Positions 32,382-41,841 of a DNA stretch of 43,370 nt are shown one piece after another. The notes beneath the pieces were generated by a model. The model was not told the DNA's origin. It saw only the letters and a program-made list of their open reading frames with translations, and did not search any database. The stretch is from the NCBI GenBank assembly GCA_028276165.1, contig JAPYWV010000001.1:1-43370 (forward strand). Direction: 5' to 3'. This DNA is from Acidilobaceae archaeon (GTDB taxonomy: Archaea > Thermoproteota > Thermoprotei_A > Sulfolobales > Acidilobaceae). How positions within the stretch are numbered: the first letter of the stretch is position 1; each line of letters opens with the position of its first letter. The position numbers were made by a program, and so were the translations under genes.

Positions 32382-33105
32382 ACCTATAGCCATGGGATCT
32401 AAGGTGGTCTATGAGCCTACCAAGGTTACGTAGAACTCCACCCCCAACCCCCATGGTTAGATCTGGTCTAATGCTACACTTCAACCTCACAACCTCCCAT
32501 GGGTGTAGTAGTATCACGTAGTTAGGCCCAGGTCTGAAGAGGGACTTAAGGGTGGTCCATGGGAGTCTTAGAACGCTACTAGGGTAGCTCACTGGGACCC
32601 TCAGGACGCCATACTCCATGGTAGTGTTAAACCTAAAGGGTGGCTTGTACCATGCAGCGCTCGAGTCAACCCTTACACCTTGAAGTCTAAGAGCTGGTAG
32701 CAGGCTTAATGGGAGCTTGAGGTTAGGAGCTCTAAAGCTTACAACATCGTAGTACTCCCTTAAGAGTCTGAGACTCGACCATATGTTGTAGATTGCGTCC
32801 CGGAAGGGTAGCCGGTCAAGCCTCCTATGATCTAAACCGTGGCTCCCGAGCTCGTGGCCTAGGTCTAGGATGGCTTCCAGAGCTCTAGGCCTCCTAACAG
32901 CTAGGATGCCTAGGGTGAAGAAGGTAGCTTTAACCCCCTTGTCCTCGAGTAGTTCGAGTATAGCTGGGAGGCCCTCATCAACCCCCCTCCATCCATCCAT
33001 GTAGGGTGGAGCGTCCATCTCGACATCGAAGGTTACCATAGCCCAGGGACCCTCATCACCATCTCCAGCCTCGGAAGCCCTCCTCTCAACCTCTACTCTC
33101 ATCAC
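32347..33105 (-). CDS. polysaccharide deacetylase (NodB-homology, CE4-like) family protein
   Basis: 252 aa. ..VTFDVEMD.. (TFD-D motif), ..KATFF.. and ..GHELGSHGLDH.. (HxxxxH metal motif). Confidence 0.75.
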   Translation of the reverse strand: MMRVEVERRASEAGDGDEGPWAMVTFDVEMDAPPYMDGWRGVDEGLPAILELLEDKGVKATFFTLGILAVRRPRALEAILDLGHELGSHGLDHRRLDRLPFRDAIYNIWSSLRLLREYYDVVSFRAPNLKLPLSLLPALRLQGVRVDSSAAWYKPPFRFNTTMEYGVLRVPVSYPSSVLRLPWTTLKSLFRPGPNYVILLHPWEVVRLKCSIRPDLTMGVGGGVLRNLGRLIDHLRSHGYRFKTVRELLASS

Positions 33106-34219
33106 GAACCCTCTCCAACAACCTGTAGATTGCTACATACCTGTTAGCTATTACGTTGCAATCTAACATCCTAACCCTCTGCTCAGCGTTAAAACCGAGT
33201 CTCTTCACGAGATCCCTGTCTAACGCTAGGCTAGCTGTAAGCCTAGCTAGCTCCTCATCGCTATCAGCTAGAAGTCCTGTAACACCATCAACTACAACCT
33301 CTGGAACCCCACCACTCCTATAGGCTACAACTGGAACCCTGGATGCCATAGCCTCTAGGATGGAGACGCTAAAAGCCTCCATTTTACCGGGGAGCACGAA
33401 TATATCCGATGACCATAGGAGCCTCCTGACATCACCCCTGCTAAGAGCCCCTAGGAACACTATGTTCTTCAAACTCCTAGCTTTAACCCTACGTTCAAGT
33501 GGTCTCCTGAGAGGACCGTCACCAGCAATGTACATCTTAGCTCTTGGAGCCTCCCTAGCTAGAACCTCAGCCACTCTAACCAGTACCAAGGGGTTCTTCC
33601 TATGAGTGAACCTTATAGCTGAGGCTATCACCGGGTCCCCTTCAAGCTCCATACCCTCATCTTCCCTCCTAGCCCACTCATCTACGATTACACAGTTGTG
33701 TATAACAGCGACCTTGCTAACCTTAAGCCTCCTAATAACATCCATGGCTACGGCTCTACTAACAGCTGTGACCATATCAACTCTCCTAAGGGCGAGCTTT
33801 AACCCTTCGACAACGTAGGGAGGCGTATCACTGCCTATGAAGGAGTGTGCTGTCACCAGGGATGGTGTCTTGATAGCCTTAGATCCTAGTAGGGCTCCAG
33901 CTATCGATAGTGTTGAGAAGGTCCCATGCCCGTGGATCACATCGGGGTCAAGGCTTTTAAGCAACTTGTACAGGGCAACTCCGGTAGACGGGTTTAGGGT
34001 TACGCCACTGTAGTTGAACCTCCTAGACTTCAACCTGATAGTAGTGTAGCCCGCGCTATCCTCATAAACATAGGTTTTACGGATGGCCTTAGATGATGTT
34101 ACGACGTAGACTTCATGCGATCTGGACATGACCTTAGCTAGATCGCATACAACACTCTCGATACCACCAATCTTTGGTTTAAAGCTATCCGTTACCATAA
34201 CTACTCTCAAGGGAGACAC
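33086..34219 (-). CDS. glycosyltransferase, GT4 family (GT-B fold)
   Basis: 377 aa. N-terminal VVMVTDSFKPKIGGIE and a C-terminal E-x7-E region (VLPGKMEAFSVSILEAMASRVPVVAY..GG.PEVV). Overlaps the downstream deacetylase gene by 20 nt. Confidence 0.85.
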   Translation of the reverse strand: MSPLRVVMVTDSFKPKIGGIESVVCDLAKVMSRSHEVYVVTSSKAIRKTYVYEDSAGYTTIRLKSRRFNYSGVTLNPSTGVALYKLLKSLDPDVIHGHGTFSTLSIAGALLGSKAIKTPSLVTAHSFIGSDTPPYVVEGLKLALRRVDMVTAVSRAVAMDVIRRLKVSKVAVIHNCVIVDEWARREDEGMELEGDPVIASAIRFTHRKNPLVLVRVAEVLAREAPRAKMYIAGDGPLRRPLERRVKARSLKNIVFLGALSRGDVRRLLWSSDIFVLPGKMEAFSVSILEAMASRVPVVAYRSGGVPEVVVDGVTGLLADSDEELARLTASLALDRDLVKRLGFNAEQRVRMLDCNVIANRYVAIYRLLERVRDESRG

Positions 34220-35030
34220 CCCTAGTGGCGGCCTTCAAGACGCTAATACCACCTCTATGGAGTACTATGAGGGCTCCTATAACGCTGGGTATGATTGTTG
34301 ATACAAGCCTCTCACCTAGAACTATCAATGTCGCGTCGCCTAAGGGGATACCCGCTAACCTCATATAGCCTATGAAGCCACCCTCAAGGACTCCGATACC
34401 GGCAGGTGTGGGGGAGAATCTTGAAGCTACATGTATCACTGTTAACCCCAGGGCTGTTGTTAAGGCTAGGCTTACGTTGAAGGCCGAGGCTACAACTATT
34501 ATCCTAGCAGTATCCAGAATCCATATCATGAGCGAGAGTACTAGGACTAGAAGTAGACGAGGGGGGCTTGAAGCTAGATCCCTAGTAGCCCTAGCCATCC
34601 CCCACATGTAGTCTCTAAGCCTATCGACCAAGGCTACGCTTACCACGGATAACTTGAGCACTGTGCCCGTGGATAGGCTAAGGTAGATTAACGCTATGGG
34701 GAGCTCCGAGGCCCTCTCAGCGAGAGCCCCTACAAGTAGCCTAGCAGACTCAACCCTAAGCCTTAGACTAGCCCAGCCTACCCTAGCAAGCTCACCTGTA
34801 ATGTTGTAGAATGTGAGTACGTTGTTAACAAGGATACCTACAAGGAGGGACTCAGCCCCACCAACTACATTGTGTAAGCTGTGGGGAAGCCTTGAAGCCG
34901 TAATCCACCTAAGGGATGAGATCATAAGGGATAGGGTGTAGATGAGGATAGCTAGTGCCAAGAGGTAAACGTTAGACCTCTCTATCACTAAGCTAGCATA
35001 ATCCAACAGGGGCTCCATCAGCCCAATCAT
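34185..35030 (-). CDS. polytopic membrane protein, UPF0104 / lysyl-PG-synthase-TM-region (flippase-like) family
   Basis: 281 aa, 7-8 predicted TM helices, SLRW..A motif after TM1. The family assignment is from recalled pattern only. Overlaps the GT4 gene by 35 nt. Confidence 0.5.
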   Translation of the reverse strand: MIGLMEPLLDYASLVIERSNVYLLALAILIYTLSLMISSLRWITASRLPHSLHNVVGGAESLLVGILVNNVLTFYNITGELARVGWASLRLRVESARLLVGALAERASELPIALIYLSLSTGTVLKLSVVSVALVDRLRDYMWGMARATRDLASSPPRLLLVLVLSLMIWILDTARIIVVASAFNVSLALTTALGLTVIHVASRFSPTPAGIGVLEGGFIGYMRLAGIPLGDATLIVLGERLVSTIIPSVIGALIVLHRGGISVLKAATRGVSLESSYGNG

Positions 35031-35085
35031 CGTTAAGCCCCGCCCTCAGCCTTAAGCAAACTCAAAAATTATAGAAGGGTTGAGG

Positions 35086-37161
35086 CTATAAAAGTTTTGC
35101 GCTTAAAAAAGCCCTCCTCCTAGCTAGCAGGGATACCAGTATAGCTACTAACACTAGTACTACTATAATCACTACCACCCAGGTGCTAGTTGTTACAGCT
35201 CCTGTAGGGGTTGATGCTACAATCATAGGGGTGGTTGGGGGTGTTTCGAGCTGGGTTGTTCTAGGTGTTTCCGCTACCGGTGTCCCCGTAACAGGCTGCA
35301 CCTGGGTCGGAGTTTCAACCTTAGGCATTTCTGTTGCTGGCACTGCTACCTGGAATGCTAGCTTCTCCTCTCTAATATTACCCCTAAGGTCTACGGCTTG
35401 TATTACTAGTTCATAGTTTCCTGGCTCAGCAACCCTTACTATGATCCTGAACTGGGTTGGATCGATGGTCCTCTGCGCCTCTACAACACCTCTGGGAGCT
35501 CCATTAACCTTTATGATAGCTATTACACGCTCCAAACCCCACCCTGTATCTGATGCCTCAACGTTTACAACAAGAGCTCTACCTAGTGCGGGCTCCCTAG
35601 GGCTCATAGACATTATCCTTAGGTGTGGAGGCTCCCTATCATCGTAGGAGGCTACTGTAATCCTACCATGGCCTGTTAGGTTCGCGTGGATTTTAACAAG
35701 GTAGTAGAGGCCTAGATCGTACCTTTTAACCCCGTGGATCCTCCACTCGTCACCGTAGATCTTGTAGGAGTCTAGGGGGGCTGTCTTGTTTAGGTAGAAC
35801 ACTAGTGTGATGTTACCCACGTCGAACTCCCTGAACTTTGTGGTGTTGAAGAACCATGATACAGCCTTGTTGGCTGGATCAGTAACCTCGAAGACTAGGA
35901 ACCCCTCTGTGTTCATGCTACCACTTGTAGGCGTATACACTCTACCAATGGGGGTTAGGGGTTTAACTTCGCCTCTCGATATCTCTACAACCTTCATACC
36001 CCAATAGTAGCCCTCCGGGTAGCCGTGGTTAGCTGTGGTTGTGGTTATAAAGTAGACCTTGGATCCATCGGATCTCACGTAGATAGCATCAGCATCCCTG
36101 TGAACGTGCCCGGCTAGTACAGCGATAACGTTCTTGTACCTCTCCACTATGCTAAGTAGCCTTACAGCCTGCTCCCACCCTGCATCACGCCAACTACTGT
36201 AAATGTACCTCCTCAAATCCTCAGGCTTCCCCCTGTACTCACCAGCGTTGGTGAACAGGGGGTGGTGCATTAGGATGATCACCGTCTTATCAGCATTACC
36301 TGCTACAACCTCCTCAAGACGATCTAGCTGCCACATCTCAGGGTAGCCCTCCATCCTGGTATCAATGCCTACGAAGAGGAAGTCCCCGTAGGTGAAACTC
36401 CAGAACCTAAGTGGTACAACATACCTACCATAGAACCTCTCTACGAGAAGCCTAGTGCTATCAACCTGAGCCCAGTCATGGTTACCTGTAATGGCTAGCT
36501 GGGGTGCCTGGACCTGGCTTACAATCCTGAAGAAGTCCCTATAGGATCTAATATCGGTGCCAACATCTATCAAGTCTCCGGTGTAGACTACAATGTTAAC
36601 ACCAAGCCTCTCAACCAAAGTGTTAAGTAGGGCTACGTAACGGGTATGCTTAAAGTTATTAGGGTGACCCCCCTGCTCGGCCCCAAAATGAGTATCAGTT
36701 AGATGAGCGACCCTAATGGTGCCACGCGGCCCTCCACCACTATGGACTATAACGCTATTAGGCATCCACAGTAGACCTCTATCACTCTCAACTATTATCG
36801 TGTAGAGTCCATCACCTACATCCCGGGGGGCTCTGAACACTAGCTTGGCAACCTCAAACTTGTAGGTAGGGTCGACTTCTATAACACCCCTCCGTAGCCC
36901 CTCGAAGGAGAGCTCATAGTGTCCACTAACACCGTATATGTAGGCTCTCCTCACATCTATCACATCAACACCTCTAATGCTAACCTCTAGGACGTCACCG
37001 GGCTTGATGGCAACGGGTAGGAGGTACGAGGGGAGGACGATGTACGGCTCGCTTAGAGTAGCCACGCCTGGGACGTAGGCTACGGTGATGTGAGTCATGA
37101 GTATAGCTAGGAGGAGGACCGCGGAGATCGCGGGGAGCCTTGGAGAGGTGGAGTTGCTCAT
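35086..37161 (-). CDS. extracellular calcineurin-like metallophosphoesterase with signal anchor, Ig-like flanking domains, T/P-rich linker and C-terminal TM
   Basis: 691 aa. Motifs HLTDTHFG, GDLIDVG, GNHDW, HHP and GHVHRD. The C-terminus is ..TPTQVQPVTGTPVAETPRTTQLETPPTTP.. followed by a hydrophobic helix and RRR. Confidence 0.75.
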   Translation of the reverse strand: MSNSTSPRLPAISAVLLLAILMTHITVAYVPGVATLSEPYIVLPSYLLPVAIKPGDVLEVSIRGVDVIDVRRAYIYGVSGHYELSFEGLRRGVIEVDPTYKFEVAKLVFRAPRDVGDGLYTIIVESDRGLLWMPNSVIVHSGGGPRGTIRVAHLTDTHFGAEQGGHPNNFKHTRYVALLNTLVERLGVNIVVYTGDLIDVGTDIRSYRDFFRIVSQVQAPQLAITGNHDWAQVDSTRLLVERFYGRYVVPLRFWSFTYGDFLFVGIDTRMEGYPEMWQLDRLEEVVAGNADKTVIILMHHPLFTNAGEYRGKPEDLRRYIYSSWRDAGWEQAVRLLSIVERYKNVIAVLAGHVHRDADAIYVRSDGSKVYFITTTTANHGYPEGYYWGMKVVEISRGEVKPLTPIGRVYTPTSGSMNTEGFLVFEVTDPANKAVSWFFNTTKFREFDVGNITLVFYLNKTAPLDSYKIYGDEWRIHGVKRYDLGLYYLVKIHANLTGHGRITVASYDDREPPHLRIMSMSPREPALGRALVVNVEASDTGWGLERVIAIIKVNGAPRGVVEAQRTIDPTQFRIIVRVAEPGNYELVIQAVDLRGNIREEKLAFQVAVPATEMPKVETPTQVQPVTGTPVAETPRTTQLETPPTTPMIVASTPTGAVTTSTWVVVIIVVLVLVAILVSLLARRRAFLSAKLL

Positions 37162-37282
37162 ACCCTCACACCTTGTAACCTGCTATTAAACAGCTAGCTA
37201 TTAACTGTTTCCTATATAAGCTAAATAGCCTGAGATTGATTGAAGCTGATCAACGTGAAAGCTCCTAAGCCGGCCTACCCCC

Positions 37283-38365
37283 CTACTCTTCAACAGTTTC
37301 TAGAGCCTTGTATACCTTTACATCCTCAGGGCTCACGTATACCCTCAGCCTCTCCTCCTCACTTATACTAGTCTTGTTCTTAAGGTATACGTTTATGGTT
37401 TCACCATTATCCAGTAGTAGTCTCACCTGGATCGCGAACCCTATCAAGCTCGTTCTAACAACCCTCCCCTCCAGTACGTTAGGCGACCTCCTATCCTCCT
37501 CTAGGAGCTCTGCATCCTCATTTCTTATAACCACCTTAACCTTATCGCCTTTCTCCAGTTTATCCCTGGATACACCGTAGATCCTGAGGCCTCTAACGTC
37601 TACCACGTATAGGTTATCAGACTCCCTGCTCACCACGACTCCTTCTAGCACGTTACTCCTCCCCATGAAGGTTGCTACGAAGAGGTTAGCTGGGTTACTA
37701 TAGATCTCCCACGGCGTCCCTACCTGGATTATACGCCCTCTATCCATGACAGCTATCCTATCGCTAATGCTCATTGCCTCCTCCTGGTCGTGTGTAACAT
37801 ATATGGTTGTTATCCTAAGCTTCCTCTGTAGGGATACTATCTCCTCCCTGACCCTAACCCTAAGCTTTGCATCTAGGTTGCTTAGAGGCTCGTCGAAGAG
37901 AAGTACCTTGGGTTCAACAACTATAGCTCTAGCTAGTGCCACCCTCTGTTGCTGTCCACCACTAAGCTGTAGAGGGTACCTGTTCTCCAAGCCCTTCAAG
38001 CCTAGAAGCTCTAGAGCCCAGTTAACCCTCCTCCTAATCTCCTCTCTACTGTAACCCCTAACCTTAAGCCCGTAGGCTATGTTATCGAAGACCGTCATGT
38101 GGGGCCATAGAGCGTAGTTCTGAAATACCATAGCGGTATTCCTCTCATAAGGCTTCTTGAAGGTTACATCAACACCGTCAATGTAAACCCTACCCTCCTC
38201 CGGGATCTCGAACCCAGCTATAACCCTGAGTGTTGTAGTCTTACCACAACCACTAGGCCCTAGTAGTGTGAATATCTCTCCTGGGCTTACAGTGAAAGAG
38301 ATCCCATCTAGTGCCTTAAACCTCCCGAAGTACTTGCTAACACCCTCTAACCTAACCTCAGCCAA
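37283..38365 (-). CDS. ABC transporter ATP-binding protein (FbpC/PotA/ThiQ-like, with C-terminal TOBE-like domain)
   Basis: 360 aa. Walker A GPSGCGKT, LSGGQQQR and LLFDEPLSNLD. Confidence 0.85.
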   Translation of the reverse strand: MAEVRLEGVSKYFGRFKALDGISFTVSPGEIFTLLGPSGCGKTTTLRVIAGFEIPEEGRVYIDGVDVTFKKPYERNTAMVFQNYALWPHMTVFDNIAYGLKVRGYSREEIRRRVNWALELLGLKGLENRYPLQLSGGQQQRVALARAIVVEPKVLLFDEPLSNLDAKLRVRVREEIVSLQRKLRITTIYVTHDQEEAMSISDRIAVMDRGRIIQVGTPWEIYSNPANLFVATFMGRSNVLEGVVVSRESDNLYVVDVRGLRIYGVSRDKLEKGDKVKVVIRNEDAELLEEDRRSPNVLEGRVVRTSLIGFAIQVRLLLDNGETINVYLKNKTSISEEERLRVYVSPEDVKVYKALETVEE

Positions 38366-38368
38366 CCC

Positions 38369-40180
38369 TCAAACCCCTAGGAATGCATATCTAAACCTGA
38401 GTATATAGTTCGATATTGTTATAGCGAGTATCTGCAAGGCCATAGTCATGGTTACAATGGCGGCTGCAAGGTGTATGAAGGCCCCACCACCATACCCGGC
38501 TGTCACATACTCGTATATAACGTATGTTACAGGGGCTTGCTCCGGGTTCAAGGCACCCAGTACTATGCTGGTGCTAACCTCGGTCATACAGTATACGAAG
38601 CTAACTATAGCCCCCGCCATCACATTCAAGCCTATCAATGGTAGGACTATGGTGAAGAGAACCCTAGACCTGCTAGCCCCTAGGTTCATCCCAGCCTCTT
38701 CTAGAGCTTGGTGGACCTGCTGTAGCCCAGCGTAGACAGCTCTCGTTGTGAAGGGCCCCTTCCTTATAGCGTACGCTAGTGTTATGAGCACAGCGGGGTT
38801 CCTGAAGGGGTCTACGAGGCTGTCCTTGAAGGGCCCCAGGCTGTACAGTATGACTAGGCCTAGGGCTATGGAGAGTCCTGGTATGGCTAGGGGGCTTGTT
38901 GCAAGCAGGTCTAGAGCCCCCACACCTGCGAATCTAACCCTACTAGCTACGTATGCGATGGTAGTGCTTATGATGATTATTAGTATGGTGGCTGTAGTTG
39001 AGTATACAAGGCTATTCCTTAAACCGTTAACAACACTTGGATCCCTAACAAGCTCCCTGAAATGATCCAACGTGAAACCCGATGGTAGAACGTGGACCCA
39101 TGATTCCGAGAAGGCGTACACAATAACACCCAGCTGTGGTAGCATGCTGAAGATGACTATGGGGAATACAACCAGGTATATGATAGCGTACATGAGAGGC
39201 CCGGGCTTCGCAACCCTAGGCTTCCACCTACCACCTCTAACCACCATTGCATACTGCCTTAAACTAACATACTGTTTAACGACAGTAAGCCAGAGCAAGG
39301 CTGTTATAAGGAGTAGCCCTGCTAGGACGATGACCTCGATGCTTAAGAACGCTACATCCCTCGAACCCACTATAGCTTTAACAATCTCCCTTGATACAAC
39401 CCTATCAACCTTAAAGGCTATGGGGGCGGCTAGATCCTCCATGGAGAATATGAATACGAGGCCTGAACCAGCAGCTATACCCGGGAGGCTTAGGGGTAGG
39501 GTTACAGTCCTAAACAACCTAAACCCCCTAGCCCCCATGTTCTCAGCTTGCTCCTCAAGACTAGGGTCTATTTGTAGGAGTGCAGCTAGCGTGTTAAGAT
39601 ACACTATGGGCCAGAACATCATAGCCTGTGCTACTATAACACCGGCTATGTACGTTACCTCTATCGTGTAACCCATACCAAGCTTTAGTAGAGCGTGGTA
39701 CAAGAGCCCGTTGTCACCGAAGATCTTGTATGCTACGAAAGCGTTGACAAAGGGTGTGTATAGGAGGGGTACGAGCGCCATGATCCTAAGTAAGCTCCTA
39801 CCGGGGAACTCGTACCTAGCAGTTACGAGTGCTACCAGAACCCCCACTATTGTGGCTATCACTGTAACACTAAAGGCTATCATGATGGTGTTAAGTATTA
39901 TGCCCATATCCTTAAACCTAACTATGATTAGTGTATGGTCACCCCTATCAACGAATATAATCCACTCCCCCAAGGGGGGCCAGGCGACGTAGGGGTATGA
40001 GAGGAGTCCTCTCACGACATCCAACGAGATACTCATAGCGGGTCTAAGTAGGAGTACCATCAGGGGTACCACTAGTACTGCTGAGAACATGGTTAGAGAG
40101 AAGAGGAGTAGTACTACCAGGGGGGGATCCAGTTGGTATGCTAAAAAACCGGTGATCCTACGGGTAGCCTGTGATATCAA
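38369..40180 (-). CDS. ABC transporter permease, duplicated 2x6-TM type (FbpB/ThiP-like)
   Basis: 603 aa with two EAA-like loops (..LEEQAENMGARGFRLF.. and ..ALEEAGMNLGASRSRVLF..). Confidence 0.85.
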   Translation of the reverse strand: MISQATRRITGFLAYQLDPPLVVLLLFSLTMFSAVLVVPLMVLLLRPAMSISLDVVRGLLSYPYVAWPPLGEWIIFVDRGDHTLIIVRFKDMGIILNTIMIAFSVTVIATIVGVLVALVTARYEFPGRSLLRIMALVPLLYTPFVNAFVAYKIFGDNGLLYHALLKLGMGYTIEVTYIAGVIVAQAMMFWPIVYLNTLAALLQIDPSLEEQAENMGARGFRLFRTVTLPLSLPGIAAGSGLVFIFSMEDLAAPIAFKVDRVVSREIVKAIVGSRDVAFLSIEVIVLAGLLLITALLWLTVVKQYVSLRQYAMVVRGGRWKPRVAKPGPLMYAIIYLVVFPIVIFSMLPQLGVIVYAFSESWVHVLPSGFTLDHFRELVRDPSVVNGLRNSLVYSTTATILIIIISTTIAYVASRVRFAGVGALDLLATSPLAIPGLSIALGLVILYSLGPFKDSLVDPFRNPAVLITLAYAIRKGPFTTRAVYAGLQQVHQALEEAGMNLGASRSRVLFTIVLPLIGLNVMAGAIVSFVYCMTEVSTSIVLGALNPEQAPVTYVIYEYVTAGYGGGAFIHLAAAIVTMTMALQILAITISNYILRFRYAFLGV

Positions 40181-40187
40181 CTTACCG

Positions 40188-41714
40188 CTACCCCAGCCTC
40201 CTGAGCTCCGAGAGTATCTCGGAGTACCTCTTGGAGGCGGCGTCTCTCCACGCTCTTATGAACGCATCCTCTCTCGCGGGATCCTTCAGTACTATCTCTG
40301 TAACCCTCCTCGCATCGTCCTCCGTGAAGGTCACCATAGCCCCCGTTATGGGATCCCTGTATGTTAGTGGCCTCCCAATCCTCTCCATGTACTCTCTAAG
40401 CTTACCCTCGTCGATCCTACCCTCGAAGTACAATTTTAGCAATGTCCTCCAAACATCCTTTAACAGGGTATCCATGTCTATGAGTGTTGCCTTAAAGTAT
40501 ATCTGCATAGCCCTCTCTATCGCTAGGGCCCTATCATCGTTAAACTCTATACCCCTAGCTCCCGCTAGGCTCTCATAAGCCCTCTTAAGGTCGGGTCTAG
40601 CGGCCCCCTCAGGTGTCTCGAAAACCCTCGGGTTCGCAGGTAGCCTGTTTATATCCTCTCTCAACCATATCTTCTGGCCCTCTGTTAAAACCCATGCTAT
40701 GAATGCAAGTGCAGCCTCAGGGTTCCTACTAGTCTTTAGCAGGGCTATGGGGTCACCGTTAACTATCGTCTCACCAGCTGGGGCTATGTACTCTGTTGAA
40801 GGGTTAGCTTTCATAGCCGTGTAGCCGTAGAAATCTATTGTTATTGCTACCGCAACCCTACCCTGTATAACGTTATCTCTAGCCTCAGCACTCCCACCTT
40901 CTATCAGTGAGTTTGCGGCCATGAACGTGAGGGTCACCCATCCTCTATCCCACCCGTAGGCTTGCAGTATTATCTCGTACATCCTAGTATGGCTTGTCGA
41001 CCTGAGGGGGTCGGCTATGGAGACCATGGGCCTGAGCTCTGTCACCAAAGGTCTACCGAGGGCTGGTGAGGCTAGATCAGCCCAGCTCCTGGGGATGGGG
41101 AGATTGTATCTCTTCAAAACATCGTGGTTAACGGTGAAGCCGAAGCTTGAAACCGCGGCTGCAACCCAGTACACCCTACCATCAGGCCCAAGCCTCTTCA
41201 TAGGAGCTCCTGCGAACACGTCCGGGATCTGTTTTAAAGCCCCCTCTACCAATGAACCCTCAAGTGGTGCTAGGAGGCCTTCAAGGTATAATATGTCGAA
41301 GAGGGTGGGGCCCCCACCCCAGGCTACATCGAAATCACCCTTCCTCCTAATAGATGACAGCCAGGCCACGGGGTCTACGAGGTAGAATTTAACATCGACA
41401 ATGTTATATCTCCTAGCTATCTCAGATTTAAGGAAAGCCTCCCTAGCCGCAACCTGTATCTCGCCAGGATGCCTTGTTATCACGTTGAGGACTACAGGTT
41501 GCCCTGGAGGTGTACGAGTCTCCGTCGGGGTTACATGGGATGGTGTTGTTGTAGCCTCACCAGGTGTAATGGTAGCTGTTGTCTCGCTAGGTGTTGGGGT
41601 CTGAGCCGGGGGGCCTCCCGCACCCCTCATGAAGATGATGTAGGCTCCTAGGATTAAGAGTAGGAGGGCTATGGCTAGACCTACAATTAGGGGTCTGGAG
41701 GTGTTATACCCCAC
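40188..41714 (-). CDS. ABC transporter substrate-binding protein (Fe(III)/thiamine/polyamine-type SBP family 1) with N-terminal TM anchor and T/P-rich linker
   Basis: 508 aa. An N-terminal hydrophobic helix is followed by PAQTPTPSETTATITPGEATTTPSHVTPTETRTPP and then the SBP body. GTG start. First gene of the three-gene operon. Confidence 0.75.
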   Translation of the reverse strand: MGYNTSRPLIVGLAIALLLLILGAYIIFMRGAGGPPAQTPTPSETTATITPGEATTTPSHVTPTETRTPPGQPVVLNVITRHPGEIQVAAREAFLKSEIARRYNIVDVKFYLVDPVAWLSSIRRKGDFDVAWGGGPTLFDILYLEGLLAPLEGSLVEGALKQIPDVFAGAPMKRLGPDGRVYWVAAAVSSFGFTVNHDVLKRYNLPIPRSWADLASPALGRPLVTELRPMVSIADPLRSTSHTRMYEIILQAYGWDRGWVTLTFMAANSLIEGGSAEARDNVIQGRVAVAITIDFYGYTAMKANPSTEYIAPAGETIVNGDPIALLKTSRNPEAALAFIAWVLTEGQKIWLREDINRLPANPRVFETPEGAARPDLKRAYESLAGARGIEFNDDRALAIERAMQIYFKATLIDMDTLLKDVWRTLLKLYFEGRIDEGKLREYMERIGRPLTYRDPITGAMVTFTEDDARRVTEIVLKDPAREDAFIRAWRDAASKRYSEILSELRRLG

Positions 41715-41841
41715 ACTCCACCACCATGTGGGAGTTTAGGAGTTAAACCTATTTTAAGTATGTTACCTCTATACATCAATACACGCCTATAGGGTCTATG
41801 TAGCTAACAGTTAATAACCCCCCCGTATGCAACCCCTCTGA

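Noticed and set aside
38448-40578. Numerous 60-200-aa ORFs antisense to long genes, for example 39072..39671(+), 38748..39065(+), 40171..40578(+), 28047..28490(-), 24991..25380(-), 13499..13855(-), 17793..18098(-) and 2742..3080(+).
   Set aside because: They are embedded in and antisense to strongly supported genes. They are Ser/Thr/Leu/Pro-rich, as expected for the mirror frame of this codon usage, and none has its own promoter or a recognisable motif.
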